This document shows, one piece after another, positions 9,368 to 19,657 of a stretch of DNA of 33,967 nucleotides. Source of the stretch: an uncultured Candidatus Sumerlaeota bacterium (GTDB lineage: Bacteria; CAYMEV01); the NCBI GenBank assembly GCA_964389675.1, contig CAYMEV010000014.1, positions 62,001 to 95,967 on the forward strand, written 5' to 3'. Each line of letters starts with the position of its first letter. The first letter of the stretch is position 1. The position numbers and the translations under genes were made by a program. Below the pieces are notes generated by a model. That model made no database searches, was not told the origin of the DNA, and saw only the letters and a list, made by a program, of their open reading frames with translations.

Positions 9368-9514
9368 GCTGCAGATCTGAGCAGTCAGAGATATTGCTGA
9401 GTATCATAATTTTATATGCTTTATAACTGCTGTAAATGTAGTGGCACGGAATTAATAAGAGCCTTTGCCTGAAGCATTTTTTTATTATTTTCCCTTAATA
9501 TATAATATTTTGTC

Positions 9515-12500
9515 TTGAAAAAAGTATTAAGCCATGCTAATTTATACAGCATGATAAAGCTAAAACTTCCAACCAAATTTATAACAAAGGCCGCAGTTTT
9601 CGTTTTTATCAGCATTATCTTTCTATCTCTATCTCTTTATGCCGGGGAAGGCAGTAATGACCTTACGAGAGAAATACTGAAAGAGAAATACGGCGATAAT
9701 GCTGAAGATATCCTTAAAAATCCGGGATTGGGTCATTACCTGGATGCAGAGGAAATATTAAAGCCCCTTCCTGAGAAGGGTGATTCAAGCAAAGCACCGC
9801 CATCAGGCACTGTAAGCCCTGTTGCTGAATTTGACCCTGCTGAGGCAGTCCTTATAAGGTATCCTCTCGGGATACCGTATTCATTGATAGCAGACCTTTC
9901 AAACCATACAACAGTGATAACGCTTGTATCAAGCTCAAGCCAGCAGAGTACAGTTGAATCCCTTTACAGCTCCAACGGTGTAAACCTTGCAAACTGTGAG
10001 TTTGCAATCTATGATACTGATTCTTACTGGACAAGGGATTACGGGCCATGGTTCATCAGGGATGGTGAAGATGACATAGCCATAGTTGACTTTGAATACA
10101 ACAGGCCCCGTCCTGATGACAATGATGTACCCTTCAATATGTCCAGTTACCTTAGTATGCCGTATTATTACATGAGCCTTTATCATACAGGCGGAAACTA
10201 TATGAATGACGGCTACAGTATCGCAGCATCAACCGACCTGGTCTATGAGGAGAACTACAGTATGACCGAAGCTGAGGTTGACGCCATGATGCAGGATTAT
10301 CTCGGGGCTGATACCTATCATGCTGTTCCCGACCCGAATAATACCTATATAGACCATATAGACTGCTGGGGAAAGTTCCTTGCTCCGAACAAGGTCCTTA
10401 TCAGAAGGGTCCCTACAAGCCATGCCCAGTATGATGAGATAGAGGCTACTGCAGATTATTTTGCAAACCAGGTATCTGCATACGGGACTAAATACAAGGT
10501 TTACAGGGTTGACACACCCTCAGACCAGCCCTATACCAATTCCCTTATCCTGAATGATAAGGTTTTTGTTCCTATTACCGGATCGCCAACCTATGACAAT
10601 ATGGCAATTGCAGCCTATCAGGATGCCATGCCGGGTTATGAGGTGGAGGGTTATACAGGATCATGGGAGAGCACTGATGCCCTGCACTGCAGGACTCATG
10701 AGATTGCAGACAGGGGAATGCTCTATATCAGGCATTATCCCCTCATGCCTTATCAGCCTGTGCAGTCCGGTTATACTGTTACAGCTGATATAATCCCATA
10801 CAGCGGATCAGCCCTTACTTCAGGTGACCTGAAGGTATATTATCAGACAGAGGGCTCTTCAAAGTTCAGCTATGTCCTGCTTCAGCATGTTTCAGGCAAT
10901 TCATATGAAGCAACTATACCTGCCACACTTGAATCACAGACCATGAGCTATTACATTACAGCAGGCGATGCATCCGGCAGGACAGAGAATCATCCATATA
11001 TCGGCCCGGCAGACCCCCATCAGTTCATGACCATTGAATCAGATATTGTATCACCGGTATCGCCTCTGGATTATGAGAGTGATATCTCTATTGAACTGGA
11101 TGAGCTATGCTGGTATTTTGATTCAACTGTGCTTGAGATTGAGGGATTCAATATATATTTAAGTACTTCGCCTGACTTTTCTACAGGTACATATACAGAT
11201 TATATGGCATTTAGCGAAAGTGTAGATGATACATACTGCTACAACACTGAAAGCTATGCTTTTGAAACAAGTAAAACATATTACTGGAAAATAGGCCTGG
11301 TGACGAATGATATGGAGATTGACTGGACTGATGAGTGGAGTTTTGTTACATCATCCTATGCGCCTCCGGCAAACCTCTCTGCATCAACCATCTACAGCGA
11401 CAGGATAGAACTGGGCTGGGATGTTCCCGGGACGATGCTGAAGGGAATATCAGTATCGGGATATAATGTTTATAGAAGCACACAGTTAAATGGCACATAT
11501 ACCAAGATCAACTCAAGCCTTGTAACTACTCTGTATTATACGGATTACTCGGTATCCTGCCCTGAGACATGGTATTATGCTGTTACAGCTGTCTACAGTG
11601 ACAGCATGGAGAGTGCTTTAACAGATGGCGTTATGGGAATGACATCAGAGGGAACATATTATGCTCTATCCTTCATGTCAGACCCTGAGTCAACAGGTGC
11701 GATATTTACCGGTGCAGGAGATTATACAGAGGGAGCACCTGTGGATATTTCTGTAAATTCCCCGGCCGGATACAGCTTTCTTTACTGGACAGGTGCTTAT
11801 GCAGGGCTTCTTGATGATGCCTATTCACCTTCCGCTTCATTTACAATGCCTGCTGATGATGTTATAATGACTGCAGTCTTTGAGGAATCCCAGTATGACT
11901 TAAAGGCTGTTATAGGGCTTGAGAACCCTGCTTATGAAGGAGTATGGCTGTGGAACTATTCAGACAGCAAGGCAAAAGGCTCAGTATGGACAAATATCCT
12001 GTCAGGCCAGACTGCAACCGGGATTTCAGCAGGAGACATTACCGGAGACGGCAACCTTGAAATAGTGGTCAATTTTCAGGACTACGGTTTATGGTACTAC
12101 ACTACCGCAGGCGCATCATGGGTTAATATCATGTCAAATTCAGTTACATGCACAGACTTTGCGCTTGCTGATACAAATTCAGGTACCCCTGTCCAGGTAA
12201 TAGCATCGTTCTCAGGGAACGGGCTTTATAAATGGGAATATTCAAAAGGTACCTGGGTAAGCATAATAGGCCAGACAGCTACAATTGTGACAGCTGCCGA
12301 CATCAACAGGGACGGGACTGATGACCTTGCCCTGGCATTCAGCGGTGTTGAGGGTATGTTCACCTATGATTTCACAACGCAAACATTTACGAGGCTTGTC
12401 ATGGTAAGCCCTTCCCAGATGACATCAGATGATATTACCGGTGATGGCTATGACGAGATCGTATGCGTATTTGACGGTTTCGGCATCTACCTTGTAAGGA

Positions 12501-12940
12501 ATATACCGGATAAGAATGCCGGATCTCAAAAAGAACAGCTTTATGATATTGACCTTATAAATGATATACCCGAAAGCCGTAAATGGTACTCCAGGGACGG
12601 AAGCAGCAAAGGAATACAGTTCAACAGGATCACATACGGCTCCCCTGATGAAGGCCACCTTATAGGGACAGGCGATATTACGGGCGGGACAGGATCAGAG
12701 ATCATAATGACCTATAACGGTGATGCATACAGCTACTGCTATGAGACCCTTTCATGGTCTATCATGGTTTATGCTCCTTTCAACAGAATAATATCCGGAA
12801 AATTTACAAACTCTTCATGGGATGACCTTATCGTGTGCGACAGCTCCACAGGAAGCATATACCTGAAGAACGCCTCACTGGGTTCATGGGAAATGCTCCT
12901 GCAGTCAGGCCATACCCATGCGATGGCGCCTCTGGAATAA
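9515..12940 (+). CDS. Secreted agmatine deiminase / Porphyromonas-type peptidyl-arginine deiminase family protein with Ig/FN3 and FG-GAP-like repeat domains
   Basis: WTRDYGP, RPxDN, GGN, HID, YTNS and ALHC catalytic-type motifs; APPANLSA...GYNVYRS FN3; GDITGDG repeats. Start uncertain (TTG 9515 or ATG 9551). Confidence 0.85.
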   Translation: MKKVLSHANLYSMIKLKLPTKFITKAAVFVFISIIFLSLSLYAGEGSNDLTREILKEKYGDNAEDILKNPGLGHYLDAEEILKPLPEKGDSSKAPPSGTVSPVAEFDPAEAVLIRYPLGIPYSLIADLSNHTTVITLVSSSSQQSTVESLYSSNGVNLANCEFAIYDTDSYWTRDYGPWFIRDGEDDIAIVDFEYNRPRPDDNDVPFNMSSYLSMPYYYMSLYHTGGNYMNDGYSIAASTDLVYEENYSMTEAEVDAMMQDYLGADTYHAVPDPNNTYIDHIDCWGKFLAPNKVLIRRVPTSHAQYDEIEATADYFANQVSAYGTKYKVYRVDTPSDQPYTNSLILNDKVFVPITGSPTYDNMAIAAYQDAMPGYEVEGYTGSWESTDALHCRTHEIADRGMLYIRHYPLMPYQPVQSGYTVTADIIPYSGSALTSGDLKVYYQTEGSSKFSYVLLQHVSGNSYEATIPATLESQTMSYYITAGDASGRTENHPYIGPADPHQFMTIESDIVSPVSPLDYESDISIELDELCWYFDSTVLEIEGFNIYLSTSPDFSTGTYTDYMAFSESVDDTYCYNTESYAFETSKTYYWKIGLVTNDMEIDWTDEWSFVTSSYAPPANLSASTIYSDRIELGWDVPGTMLKGISVSGYNVYRSTQLNGTYTKINSSLVTTLYYTDYSVSCPETWYYAVTAVYSDSMESALTDGVMGMTSEGTYYALSFMSDPESTGAIFTGAGDYTEGAPVDISVNSPAGYSFLYWTGAYAGLLDDAYSPSASFTMPADDVIMTAVFEESQYDLKAVIGLENPAYEGVWLWNYSDSKAKGSVWTNILSGQTATGISAGDITGDGNLEIVVNFQDYGLWYYTTAGASWVNIMSNSVTCTDFALADTNSGTPVQVIASFSGNGLYKWEYSKGTWVSIIGQTATIVTAADINRDGTDDLALAFSGVEGMFTYDFTTQTFTRLVMVSPSQMTSDDITGDGYDEIVCVFDGFGIYLVRNIPDKNAGSQKEQLYDIDLINDIPESRKWYSRDGSSKGIQFNRITYGSPDEGHLIGTGDITGGTGSEIIMTYNGDAYSYCYETLSWSIMVYAPFNRIISGKFTNSSWDDLIVCDSSTGSIYLKNASLGSWEMLLQSGHTHAMAPLE

Positions 12941-12957
12941 TAATGTAATAAACATAC

Positions 12958-12985
12958 AGGGCAGTGCGATGCGCTGCCCTTTTTT
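12958..12985 (+). terminator. Intrinsic terminator
   Basis: AGGGCAGTGC-GAT-GCGCTGCCCT followed by a T tract. Confidence 0.8.
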
Positions 12986-12996
12986 ATTAAATAGAA

Positions 12997-14286
12997 ATGA
13001 AAACAGGGTTTATTATGGCTCATCACACAGTAAAGAAAGGTTATCAGGACCTTGTAAAAAGGCTTAACAGGTTTCCGCAGGGAGCCCCTCCCAGTGATAC
13101 ACTCTATCAGATCCTGTCCATCCTGTTCACTGAAAAGGAAGCCAGGCTTGTATCACTTCTTCCGATAAAGCCGTTTACAGCAGAAAAGGCTTCCAAAAAC
13201 TGGGGTATGGCTATCCATGAAGCTGAAAAGGTACTGGATGAGCTTGCATCAAGGGCCATTCTGCTTGATTCCCTGCACAACAATGAAAAGTACTATATAC
13301 TTCCGCCTCCGATGGCAGGTTTTATAGAATTTTCGCTTATGAGGCTCAGGGGGGATATTGACCAGAAACTTCTGAGTGAGCTTCTCTATAAGTATATCAA
13401 TGTAGAGGAGGATTTCATTACAGACCTTATGGCAAGGGGGGATACCAAACTTGGAAGGATGTTTGTCAATGAAAAGGCCCTGTCCAGTGAAAATGCCCTT
13501 TATGTACTGGATTATGGAAGGGCAAGCCATGTAATTAAAACAGCCTCTCATATAGGCATCGGGATCTGCTACTGCAGGCATAAGATGTCACACATGGGCA
13601 GGGCATGTGATTCTCCCCTGGAGATATGCATGACCTTCAATACAACAGCTGCTTCCCTTATAAGGGCAGGGTATGCAAAGCAGGTGAGTGCTGACGAATG
13701 CATGGAACTCCTGTATAAGGCATATGATTACAACCTTGTGCAGTTCGGGGAAAATGTCCAGAACGAAGTAAATTTCATCTGCAACTGCTGTAAATGCTGC
13801 TGTGAGGCAATGATTGCCGCAAGGAAATTTGCATTCCTGAATCCTGTCCATACGACAGGCCTTACTGCCAGAATTGAATCATCCTGCACCGGATGCGGGA
13901 AATGCGTATCAATCTGTCCTGTTGATGCAATAGAGCTTGTCAGCGCTGAAGAAACAGGAGGAAAGCAAGGAAAGACAGCTGTAATTGATGAAAGGCTCTG
14001 CCTCGGGTGCGGCCTGTGTGAAAGGAACTGCCCGGCTGGCAGCATAAAGCTTGTACCGGGGAAAACCAGGACCATAACACCTGTAAATTCTGCTCATAAG
14101 GCTGTAATGATGGCTATAGAGAGGGGGAAACTTCAGAATCTCATATTTGACAACCATGCTCTGTTCAGCCACAGGGCCATGGCTGCAATACTTGGTGTGA
14201 TAATGAAGCTTCCTGTTGCAAAGCAGATACTTGCACTAAACCAGATAAAGTCAAAATACCTCGGGAAACTGCTTTCCAGCAGGTAG
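12997..14286 (+). CDS. Cysteine-rich 4Fe-4S dicluster domain protein
   Basis: CYCRH, ICNCCKCCC, and two CxxCxxCxxxCP motifs; start may be 13015. Confidence 0.85.
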   Translation: MKTGFIMAHHTVKKGYQDLVKRLNRFPQGAPPSDTLYQILSILFTEKEARLVSLLPIKPFTAEKASKNWGMAIHEAEKVLDELASRAILLDSLHNNEKYYILPPPMAGFIEFSLMRLRGDIDQKLLSELLYKYINVEEDFITDLMARGDTKLGRMFVNEKALSSENALYVLDYGRASHVIKTASHIGIGICYCRHKMSHMGRACDSPLEICMTFNTTAASLIRAGYAKQVSADECMELLYKAYDYNLVQFGENVQNEVNFICNCCKCCCEAMIAARKFAFLNPVHTTGLTARIESSCTGCGKCVSICPVDAIELVSAEETGGKQGKTAVIDERLCLGCGLCERNCPAGSIKLVPGKTRTITPVNSAHKAVMMAIERGKLQNLIFDNHALFSHRAMAAILGVIMKLPVAKQILALNQIKSKYLGKLLSSR

Positions 14287-14402
14287 AAGAATTTATTATA
14301 GCACCTTTATGAAGGTCTTTCAGGAAAATATATATAAGGGGCTTCCCTGCTTGAATATTTAAATAAAAATAATAAATATAAAAATTATTATGGAGGTTTA
14401 TT

Positions 14403-15516
14403 ATGTCATTAATTGGCGGTGTTTCAAGTAATGTTATATCGAGGGCAGTACCTGATCTGAATCCCATTGCGGACTCGATAAAAACTGCCGGTTCAAGCCA
14501 GGCAGGGCCTGCATGCGGATTATCATCAATTAACACAAGCATGGGAAATCTGTTTGAAAAAGCTCCTGATATGTCAAAAACCCTGCAGAACAGTATCTCC
14601 AACAGCAGTATAAGGCCTTCCACCGCAGGCACGGTTCAGAGGCCATCAGTACTCGATTTTCCCGGAAGTTTAAAACCCTCAGGTGTTACAATTTCTCCGG
14701 GGCAGGTACCAGGAGGTGTGACCATATCACCTGATATAAAGCCTCAGGGTGTTACAATATCCCCGAATGCAAAGCCTCCTTCAGAGGGCATCAATCAGGC
14801 CACGCTTACCATTACAGCTGAAACAATGCCGTCAAGAGCAACTATAGCTCAGGACCGCAAGCCTGCAGGGGTTACGATCTCCCCCCGTATGCAGCCTTCA
14901 GGAGTTACAATATCCCCTCACATGAAGCCTCAGGGCGTTACAATATCCCCGAATGCAAAGCCTCCCTCAGAGGGCATCAACCAGGCAACGCTTACCATTA
15001 CAGCTGAAACAATGCCGTCCAGAGCAACTATAGCTCAGGACCGTAAACCTGCAGGGGTTACGATCTCCCCCCGTATGCAGCCTTCAGGAGTTACAATATC
15101 CCNNNNNNNNNNNNNNNNNNNNNNNNNNNNNNNNNNNNNNNNNNNNNNNNNNNNNNNNNNNNNNNNNNNNNNNNNNNNNNNNNNNNNNNNNNNNNNNNNN
15201 NNCTCACATGAAGCCTCAGGGTGTTACAATATCGCCCCATGTAGCAAGGACACTCCAGAATACGGCTGCCCAGGGATTAATGGAGCAAAGAACAGGGGTT
15301 ATGAGCCAGTCCATCTCTGATAATCTGCACAGGCTTGCTGACAGAGCAGAAAAAACAGAACAGAGTCTAAGAAGCATGGACGAAATGGAACATATGAACC
15401 CTGGCGAGCTGCAGAGAATAGTTCAGGCATTGCAAGGGCTGGATATCATCTACAGTAATTTCATGAAGAATCTGATGGACATACAGAATGCTGCCATAAG
15501 GAGTCTGAAGCTATAA
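14403..15516 (+). CDS. PxGVTISP tandem-repeat protein with T3SS needle (SctF)-like C-terminal helical hairpin; one gene spanning the assembly gap
   Basis: GGAGGT RBS. Removing the 100 Ns joins the 14403 and 15208 ORFs in frame (337 aa). C-terminus is NPGELQ...SNFMKNLMDIQNAAIRSLKL. The gene is well supported; the function is inferred. Confidence 0.65.
14673..15237 (+). repeat. Nested coding repeats: 33-bp (11-aa) units inside 186-bp (62-aa) units
   Basis: Nine visible PxGVTISP motifs; 186-bp copies start at 14739 and 14925. Confidence 0.95.
15103..15202. other. Assembly gap (100 N)
   Basis: Run of N inside the tandem repeat. Confidence 1.
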
Positions 15517-15522
15517 GCGCCT

Positions 15523-17610
15523 CTAATCCTGCCAGAAGGATTCAGGCGCTGAAACCGGAGCAAATCCTGTGATCTTTGCATCTGATGACCTGTGTATGCA
15601 TATCATATTAGCAGATATAATACCGGGAAAAACATTCTCTTTGTTCCTGAAGTAGTTATCAGGGCTGTATAAAAATGGCAGATGCCAGTAAAGGTCATAT
15701 CCAAGCGACTGCAGGTAAGCAATAAGGGCAGGTGCCCTGCTTCTGCGGTCATTCTCAACATATAAAAAAGGCTTATGCTCTTTTATTGTCCTTTCAGCAC
15801 CCTTCAGCACTTCAAGTTCCATCCCCTCAACATCTGCTTTTATCAGCGTGCATGAAGAAAGCTTCAGGCTGTCAATGGTGCTTGTTTTGACAGGGGTTCC
15901 TGTCGGGACTTCCTGGAGCTCAACCCCCCCGAAATTGTTGTCCTGGCTGTAATCAAGACAGGGAAGATACAGCATGCCTTCTTTACTGCCCAGTGCTTCG
16001 CTGAAGCATATTGCATTCTTCCGGTTATTAAGCGCAAGGTTATTGCAGAGCGTTTCAAAAAGGGTTTTTTGAGGCTCGTAAGCATAAACAGAGCCTTCAT
16101 CCCCAACGATTTCAGAAAATACAAGTGTATGAGGTCCTATGTTTGCACCAGCCTCAACCACTGTACTGCCTTTATGCAGGACCTGACGAAATATGTGGCA
16201 CTCATCCTCTGAATATTCGCCATAGAGCATAAGGCTTCTGCCTACAACTGTGTCAAACCTGTTTGTCCACATCAGGCCATGCCTGGTTCGGAGGAGTATA
16301 TTTATGCCATCTTCAGCTAATCTGTATTCGTGCGGTTCTTTCAGCCTGATCTGTTTATTATCATTCATCAGCCTGCCGGCTATTTCCCGGAATACATCTT
16401 CCCATTCCTGAGATGCCTTTCTTCTAAAAAGCTTCATGGATGGGTACCATGGTGTCCTTTCACCCTCTATCTGCCATACCCAGAAAGGAACAGTGCCCAG
16501 GACATTCCAGACAGGGACACCCATAGCCCCTGCAATATGTGCTACTGCGGTATCAGGGGATATCAGAAGGTCAATATTATCAAGTACAGCAGATGTATCG
16601 ATGAAAGAACAGCCATTGTTGTCCAGGTCTTTACCAAGGTCAGTGATCTCCGGTTTCAGTATCCCATTCTCGATCTGATCTGAACCAGGGCCTTTCTGCA
16701 ATGAAATAAGCTGAGTATTATGCAGGTGCATAAGGGGCTCCATGGAAAGCAGGGGAAAGCTTCTCAGTAAATCGCCATGGAATTCAGGATTGCCCTGCCA
16801 GGCAATGCCTATTTTGAAGCCCTCATACTTATCAATCCGTTTTTTCCAATAATCTGAAAGGTTTCTATCAGCAGAAAGGTAGGGAACTGTTCCCGGAGTG
16901 GACTTTATATCTTCACCAAGTACAGCAGGGACATCCTGGAAACTGCAGAAATAATCACAATTCAGTTCTTTTTCATCATGGGATATCAGCCTGTCTATGC
17001 CCAGGCAGTTTTTAAGCAGGCATAATAATGACCTGCTGCAGGCTACAACAGTTGTGCACTTATAGATGCTTTTAAGGATCGATGCATACCTTGCAAAGAG
17101 GACAGTATCTCCGAGCCCCTGTTCCGCATATAGAAGTATGGTCCTGTTGTCAAGGTTCTCGCCATTCCATTCAGGCTTTGAACAGGGCGGGAGCTTCATG
17201 CTTTCAAGCTTCCAGCGCCATCTGTATTCCTGCCATCCTGTCCTGAAACTGCCTCTAAGCAGGTGAATGATCCCTTTATATGTGTGGCCGTATGCATCGG
17301 AGGGGTCTATGGAAATAATCCTCTCATAGCATTCAAGGGCATCGTCATAACTGCCGTTCCAATAAAGCACATCCGCCTTGTTCCTGTATGCCCTTATAAA
17401 ATCAGGCTGGATTGAAACAGCCCTGTTGAAAAAATCAATTGCCTCTTTTGGCCTGCCTGTTTCATAATACAGCAGGCCCATATTATTCCATGCATCAGGA
17501 TTTTCTTCATTTTCTTTTAAGACTGACATGTAGATCTCTTCAGCCTGGAGAAAATTTCCTGACTGCTGTAATTTCAATGCCTTCTGAAGAATTTTTTCTG
17601 ATTTATTCAT
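15523..17610 (-). CDS. TPR + GT-B (GT9-like) glycosyltransferase + FkbM-family methyltransferase fusion
   Basis: N-terminal TPRs; GWQEYRWR, EQGLGD, GIAWQGNP, SLQKG, DTAVAHIAGAMG, TPWYPSM; then VEAGANIG, YEPQ, KADVEGMELEVLKGA. Confidence 0.9.
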   Translation of the reverse strand: MNKSEKILQKALKLQQSGNFLQAEEIYMSVLKENEENPDAWNNMGLLYYETGRPKEAIDFFNRAVSIQPDFIRAYRNKADVLYWNGSYDDALECYERIISIDPSDAYGHTYKGIIHLLRGSFRTGWQEYRWRWKLESMKLPPCSKPEWNGENLDNRTILLYAEQGLGDTVLFARYASILKSIYKCTTVVACSRSLLCLLKNCLGIDRLISHDEKELNCDYFCSFQDVPAVLGEDIKSTPGTVPYLSADRNLSDYWKKRIDKYEGFKIGIAWQGNPEFHGDLLRSFPLLSMEPLMHLHNTQLISLQKGPGSDQIENGILKPEITDLGKDLDNNGCSFIDTSAVLDNIDLLISPDTAVAHIAGAMGVPVWNVLGTVPFWVWQIEGERTPWYPSMKLFRRKASQEWEDVFREIAGRLMNDNKQIRLKEPHEYRLAEDGINILLRTRHGLMWTNRFDTVVGRSLMLYGEYSEDECHIFRQVLHKGSTVVEAGANIGPHTLVFSEIVGDEGSVYAYEPQKTLFETLCNNLALNNRKNAICFSEALGSKEGMLYLPCLDYSQDNNFGGVELQEVPTGTPVKTSTIDSLKLSSCTLIKADVEGMELEVLKGAERTIKEHKPFLYVENDRRSRAPALIAYLQSLGYDLYWHLPFLYSPDNYFRNKENVFPGIISANMICIHRSSDAKITGFAPVSAPESFWQD

Positions 17611-17764
17611 AAATAATAGGGAGAATGCAATTTCAAATCCGTATTTCTCATTAAATTAGAGTATCCCAATTGACTAAATTTTGCAAAAAATATCAGGCTG
17701 TCTTCAGCATTTAGTGTAATACTGGCCTGAGGGATAAATATCTGATGATAACTGGCAGATTTTT

Positions 17765-18151
17765 CTATTCCAGTAACTCTTCCATCATTTCATCATTAAG
17801 GGTCCTGAAATGCATTATGTGTATGGTAACAAATGCGCCTGTCAGTGCAAGTACTGTTACAATCCAGATATTGCCAATGGCAATCATTGAAACTGTCATG
17901 GTCAGCCACAGGGTGATTATGGAGATGGTTTTTGTTTTTGCCGGTATGGCCTTATACTGGTGATAGCATTTTATATAGGTTCCCAATATTCTGTGCCTCA
18001 TCAGCCAGTTATACAAATATGCCGAGCTTTTCAAAAAACAGCCGGCTGAAAGAAGAAGAAAGGGCGTAGTGGGAAGCAGGGGGAGAAATATTCCTGCAAT
18101 TCCCAGGCCCAGTGAAATGAATCCTGATATCAGGAGAATAATTCTTCTCAA
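17765..18151 (-). CDS. ybaN: YbaN/DUF454 family inner-membrane protein
   Basis: LGIAGIFLPLLPTTPFLLLS signature; TTG start after AAGGAG. Confidence 0.88.
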   Translation of the reverse strand: MRRIILLISGFISLGLGIAGIFLPLLPTTPFLLLSAGCFLKSSAYLYNWLMRHRILGTYIKCYHQYKAIPAKTKTISIITLWLTMTVSMIAIGNIWIVTVLALTGAFVTIHIMHFRTLNDEMMEELLE

Positions 18152-18169
18152 CTCTCTCTCCTTACAGGA

Positions 18170-18192
18170 GCTGCGGCAGAGCCTGCCGCAGC
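18170..18192. terminator. GC-rich hairpin between katA and ybaN
   Basis: GCTGCGGCAG-AGC-CTGCCGCAGC perfect 10-bp stem with no clear U tract; may be an attenuator or mRNA stabiliser. Confidence 0.5.
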
Positions 18193-18205
18193 CTGTGTTA
18201 TTATG

Positions 18206-19657
18206 CTATTCTGCTTCACTTAATGGTATCCCCAGTGCTTCAGCAACGCCTCTGCCATAAGCCTCGTCGGCTTTCATGCAGTTTTTGATATGCCTTATCT
18301 TTATATGCTTTGGGGCATCGCCCATATTGCGCGCTGTATTTTCAAAAAGGATTTTTTTCTGTTCAGGGCTCATGAGGTTAAACAGGGCTCTGGGCTGAGA
18401 GTAGTAATCATCATCCTCCCTGTGGTTCCACCGCCCTGCTGCACCTTCAAGGGGCAACGGGGGTTCTGAAAAGTCCGGCTGTTCCTGCCATTCTTCATAG
18501 CTGTTAGGCTCATAACCCAGTGTGCTGCCGTAATTGTCGTCAACTCTCATGGCTCCATCCCTGTGATATGCATGGAACGGGCATTTCGCCTTATTGACTG
18601 GGATTAGGTGATGATTTACCCCCAGCCTGTACCTCTGGGCATCGCCATAGGAGAAAAGCCTTGCCTGAAGCATCTTGTCAGGAGAAAACCCGATACCCGG
18701 GATTATGTTTGCCGGATTGAAAGCCGACTGCTCAACATCAGCAAAATAATTCTCAGGGTTCCTGTTAAGCTCCAGCACTCCTACTTCATGCAGGGGATAA
18801 TCACCATGGGGCCAAACACGGGTTACATCAAAGGGATTGAAAGGCACTTCTGAGGCCTGTTTTTCAGTCATTACCTGAATGGACATGGTCCAGCGCGGGA
18901 AATCCCCCTTCTCAATGCTTTCAAAAAGGTCCCTCTGGTGGCTTTCCCTGTCTTTTGAGATAATTGCCTCCGCTTCCTGGTCTGTCAGGTTCTTAATGCC
19001 CTGTTGTGTTTTCAGGTGGAACTTGACCCATACCCTCTCATTTCTGCTGTTTATCATACCGAAGGTATGGCATCCATATCCGTTCATGTGCCTGTAGGAA
19101 TAGGGTATTCCCCTGTCGCTCATGGTGATTGTGACCTGATGGAGAGCTTCCGGCAATGAGGTCCAGAAATCCCAGTTGTTCCTGGCACTGCGCATATTGG
19201 TTTTGGGGTCTCTCTTTATAGCATGGTTCAGATCAGGGAATTTCAGTGCATCCCTTAGAAAAAAAACAGGGGTATTGTTACCCACGAGGTCCCAGTTTCC
19301 CTCTTCGGTATAAAATTTTATTGCAAACCCCCTGATATCCCTTTCTGCATCCGCGGCACCTCTTTCTCCTGCTACAGTGGAGAACCTTACAAATACACCT
19401 GTCTTCTTGCCAATTTCTGAGAACACTTTTGCCCTGGTGTATTTAGTTATATCATGGGTGACAGTAAAATGGCCGAATGCGCCTGATCCCTTTGCATGCA
19501 TCCTCCTCTCAGGGATTACCTCCCTGTCGAAGTGTGCAAGCTTCTCAATAAACCATGCATCCTGAAGAAGCATTGGGCCTCTTTTGCCTGCAGTCTCAAC
19601 ATTCTGATTATCAGGAACAGGAGCTCCTGTAATCCTGGTAAGTTTTTTCTTGTCCAT
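18206..19657 (-). CDS. katA: Monofunctional small-subunit heme catalase
   Basis: [17 protein letters not shown] active site, [21 protein letters not shown] proximal Tyr motif. Confidence 0.97.
   Translation of the reverse strand: MDKKKLTRITGAPVPDNQNVETAGKRGPMLLQDAWFIEKLAHFDREVIPERRMHAKGSGAFGHFTVTHDITKYTRAKVFSEIGKKTGVFVRFSTVAGERGAADAERDIRGFAIKFYTEEGNWDLVGNNTPVFFLRDALKFPDLNHAIKRDPKTNMRSARNNWDFWTSLPEALHQVTITMSDRGIPYSYRHMNGYGCHTFGMINSRNERVWVKFHLKTQQGIKNLTDQEAEAIISKDRESHQRDLFESIEKGDFPRWTMSIQVMTEKQASEVPFNPFDVTRVWPHGDYPLHEVGVLELNRNPENYFADVEQSAFNPANIIPGIGFSPDKMLQARLFSYGDAQRYRLGVNHHLIPVNKAKCPFHAYHRDGAMRVDDNYGSTLGYEPNSYEEWQEQPDFSEPPLPLEGAAGRWNHREDDDYYSQPRALFNLMSPEQKKILFENTARNMGDAPKHIKIRHIKNCMKADEAYGRGVAEALGIPLSEAE

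Noticed and set aside
9442-9457. Sigma54 promoter TGGCACG
   Set aside because: No GC at the -12 position.
14673-15237. CRISPR array
   Set aside because: The repeats are in-frame coding units with synonymous variation and no unique spacers; no cas genes are present.
15203-15320. ORF-track C-terminus SHEASGCYNIAPCS... of the 14403 ORF
   Set aside because: Frame artefact of the arbitrary 100-N gap; the repeat continues in the 15208 frame.
19060-19090. Catalase GYGCHTF (Cys where Ser is common)
   Set aside because: This position varies among catalases and the core catalytic motifs are intact.
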